Assembly (NCBI GenBank): GCA_038087875.1 | Contig: JAXLNO010004097.1 | Span: 1 to 64,000 of the forward strand | Direction of reading: 5' to 3' | Origin: Malacoraja senta | Taxonomy: Eukaryota | DNA length: 64,000 nucleotides | In this document: positions 60,916 to 64,000 of the stretch, in pieces | Numbering within the stretch: position 1 is the first letter of the stretch | Layout: every line of letters begins with the position of its first letter | Translations under genes and position numbers: made by a program | Notes under the pieces: model-generated | Databases searched by the model: none | What the model saw: only the letters and a program-made list of their open reading frames with translations | What the model was told of the DNA's origin: nothing

Positions 60916-63365
60916 TGGTGGAACTGATATCCATGAAAGGTATGTTTAAATAAATCATGAATCTTTCCTCATGATGTGATTAACAGCAAGGCACTGGGGG
61001 AGTACATGCCCCAATCCGAATCAATGGTCCGAAGTAGAAATGATTGAATTGTGAATTTATCCAATATTCGGTCATGGACTGGCCACATAGCCAAGGAGGC
61101 ACACCAACACCTCTACTTCCTCAGGAGACTGAGGATATTCATCATGTCTCTGGTGACTCCAGCAAACATCTATAGATGCTGCTAGAGAAAGCATGTTGTT
61201 GGGTTGCATCACATCTTGATTTGGGAACTGCACTGCCCAAGACTGCAAGAATATACAAAGAGTTAAAGATCATCACACAGCCCAGACTTCCCACTATTGA
61301 TTCAGTCTACACCAGGTTGCCTTGGAAAACAAGACTTATCCCACCCCGGTCATTCCTCCTTCCTGCTCCCATCAGGCAATAGGTACTGAAAGTTGAAAAT
61401 AAGCACTGCCAGACTCAGGAACACCCCCTTTCCACCTGTTAACAGGCTTCGGAAGGGTCCTTCCATAATGTAGGTTTAATGCCCGATTCACCTCAGCCTC
61501 ATTGAACATTGAACATTGTCCATGGAACTGATGCGTTACAATGCTGAGAACTATATTCTGTAATCTGTATCCTCCTCTTTGCTCTATCTATTGTTTTTGA
61601 GTTTTTTAATTTATGTATAGTGTTATCTAATTTGTTTGGATAGCATATAAAACAAACCTTTGCACTATCTTGAAACATCTGACATTAATAAAACTAAACC
61701 TAATGAAGTAAGTTCCCTGACGCAAGTTACAGATTCAGCAACGAAAAATATAACTGCCTGACAAACAGCGATCGTAGTAGTTTGATTTGAGGTATGCTGC
61801 ACGAACCTACACAAATGCTCACTTTTGAAGATTCCCTCGAACAATGCACAATTAAGGAATCTGATGTTTCACTCTGAAGACTGTTGACATACTCCAGAAC
61901 TTAATTTTCAACCTATCTATGTATCATCAGCAATCTAGGCTACAGCGCCACCAGTCCCTTCATCCGCTCTTAATACTAACGATAAGTAGTTCACTTTCTT
62001 GCCTTGATTCCCAACCTGCAGTTGCAGTTTCCGAACCTGAACACTCCTTTAAGACAACTCTCTGCTTGCTCTTAATTGTTTTTCCATTCATGCTAATTAT
62101 TACCCCCAATGTCATAAGCCATGTGCCTTTGCATCACTTGATCAGATATCTTATGAAAATCCAGATATTCTGGCGACATCTGGTGGTCAGGCCACTTATT
62201 GCTAGAACCCTCGTCAGGGGAGCTGGGACTATCACGTGACAGGGTTTTGGTGGGAATTGGTGATGAGTTAATCGCCAGTCAACTTGTGTGCCCGATTACA
62301 ACGGCAGGAACTTTGCTCAAGTCCTTACTAAACGTGAGTGTGCCAAAACTATTTCTTAAAAAAAACATTGGTTTGTTCACGACGCTTGGATCTCTACAAT
62401 ATATTGTATTTCTTTTGTTTCTCATTCCAATTTTGGTACCTATTCTGCTTTTCCATCATTTTGCTTTTGAATTTTAGGGTGTACACACCTGCTGCTCGAA
62501 TATACATTGTCTACGGGTTCCTGTTGCATTTTCAAAGAATTCAAATCAATTTCTCAAACAAAGTTTGAAGAAGGGTCCGTAAACAAAATGTCACCTGTCC
62601 ATGTGTAGGGAGAAACTGCAAATGCTGGTTTACACTGAAGATGGACACAAATTGCTGGAATAACTCAGCTGGTCAGGCAGCATCTCTGGAGAAAAGGAAT
62701 AGGTGATGTTTTGGGTCACGATCCTTCTGACTGAGTCCATGTTCGCCAGAGATGTTGCCTTTTCCGCTGAGTTACTCTAGCATTTTGTGTCTATCATGTA
62801 TATTCTTTCCACTGACTGGTTAGCACGTAACAAAAGCTTTTCACTGTACCTCAGTACTCGTGACAATAAACTAAACTAAAGCTTTTGTGTAAATCAGTAT
62901 CTGCATCTCTTTCATTCTACAATTTTCCTGTTAATGCACTTTATTGTTTTGTTATTACTTAAATGTTCTGCCATTACTGAAAGGAATCCAGCATTTTTCC
63001 CAAAACAGATGTTAGTTTATATAGGGTTAAAGCTTTCTGCTTTCAATTCACCTTCTTTCTTGAATTAAGTTGTGGCTGTGATGGTGCCATAGATGATAGT
63101 TGTACAGAGCAGATATTGTCCCTTTGCCATGCTGCAGATCTCCGTGATTCAAAACACCATATCATTTTGTATACCTTGAAAAGCGCCAAAGATAGACACA
63201 AAATGCTGGAGTAACTCAGCGGTCAGGTAGCATTTCTGGAGAAAAGGAATAGGTGGCATTTCTGGTCGAGACCCTTCTTCACTCTGAAGTCTTCAGACAG
63301 TGCCCATCTATTTAGCTGCACAGCTTAACAATTGATTTGTAAAATTTTGCATTCTTATTTTTCAG

Positions 63366-63473
63366 AAGGAAATGGGAAGAAAGACAGGCACATAGGCCTT
63401 ATTGCCGTGTGTGTGCTGATATCGCTGGCTATTGTCTTGGCAGTAATTGTTTGGTGGAGAAAAAAGAGGAGAG
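63366..63473 (+). CDS. Connecting peptide / transmembrane exon, most likely of the same class I-like gene
   Basis: ttttcag|AAGGA...AGAG|gtaag: 108 nt, phase 1-1, in frame with the alpha3 exon. Translation EGNGKKDRHIGLIAVCVLISLAIVLAVIVWWRKKRR: hydrophobic span plus basic stop-transfer. Confidence 0.85.
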
Positions 63474-64000
63474 GTAAGATGGAAAAATTGTGATGAACTG
63501 TTGCTAGTAAAGGTATTGGGCTTGAAGAAATGATCGATCTCAAGTAGGATAAGGCAACAGCTACACCTGAAATGCCTCGACAGTCACCACTGTCAACTAG
63601 CCTTTGTGCTGGTGTTAAATGTTTCTGATAATCAGATATTTGAAAATTGTGAATTCAAAGTAAAATAAATAGGTAGACATTATGGATTCACTGCAACAAA
63701 TCCTAGAGATATCATTAAAAAGTACAGCATGCAAGCAGTCCTTTTGGCCCACCGTGTCCATGCCAACCACCAACCACCTGTTCTCATGAATTCTATCTCA
63801 TTGCACCTTCTCATCCAGTCACCCACCCACTAGGGGAAATTTACAGTGGCCAATTAAACTATAAACTGACACATCTTAGGATGTGTGAGGAAACCGGAGC
63901 CCCTGGAGGGATCCAATGAGGTTACACGGAGAACGTGCAAACTCCACACAGATGGCACTCGAGGTCAAAATTGAACCCGGGTCTGTGTCGCTATGAGGCA

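Overview
Eukaryotic, repeat-dominated window (most of it TE-derived, four short N gaps). The repeat families and gene content suggest a cartilaginous fish, probably a skate or ray; this is inference. Host-gene content: an isolated AIP exon 2 (minus, 2324-2503), a tandem C2H2 zinc-finger ORF (8813-10207) with a decayed finger tail, and the alpha3 (Ig-C1, 58023-58289) and transmembrane (63366-63473) exons of an MHC class I-like gene whose alpha1/alpha2 exons I could not find. Mobile DNA: many CR1 LINEs, including one full-length copy with two intact ORFs (12892-17696); an L1 interrupted by a DIRS1-type tyrosine-recombinase retrotransposon; a second, internally deleted DIRS element; and RTE-X, Crack/L2-like, Rex1/Babar, Penelope and SINE fragments. 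Top leads: (1) a canonical U_UUA_AAC -1 slippery heptamer directly before the ORF1 stop in all three CR1 ORF1/ORF2 junctions, with ORF2 in the -1 frame; (2) a coding-dead DIRS whose ends match its internal complementary region perfectly, plus a non-autonomous 2.3 kb relative; (3) a tandem array of YY1 motifs next to CCAAT boxes; (4) minimal hammerhead-ribozyme motifs in Penelope-type terminal repeats. All identities were judged by eye; no searches or alignments were run.
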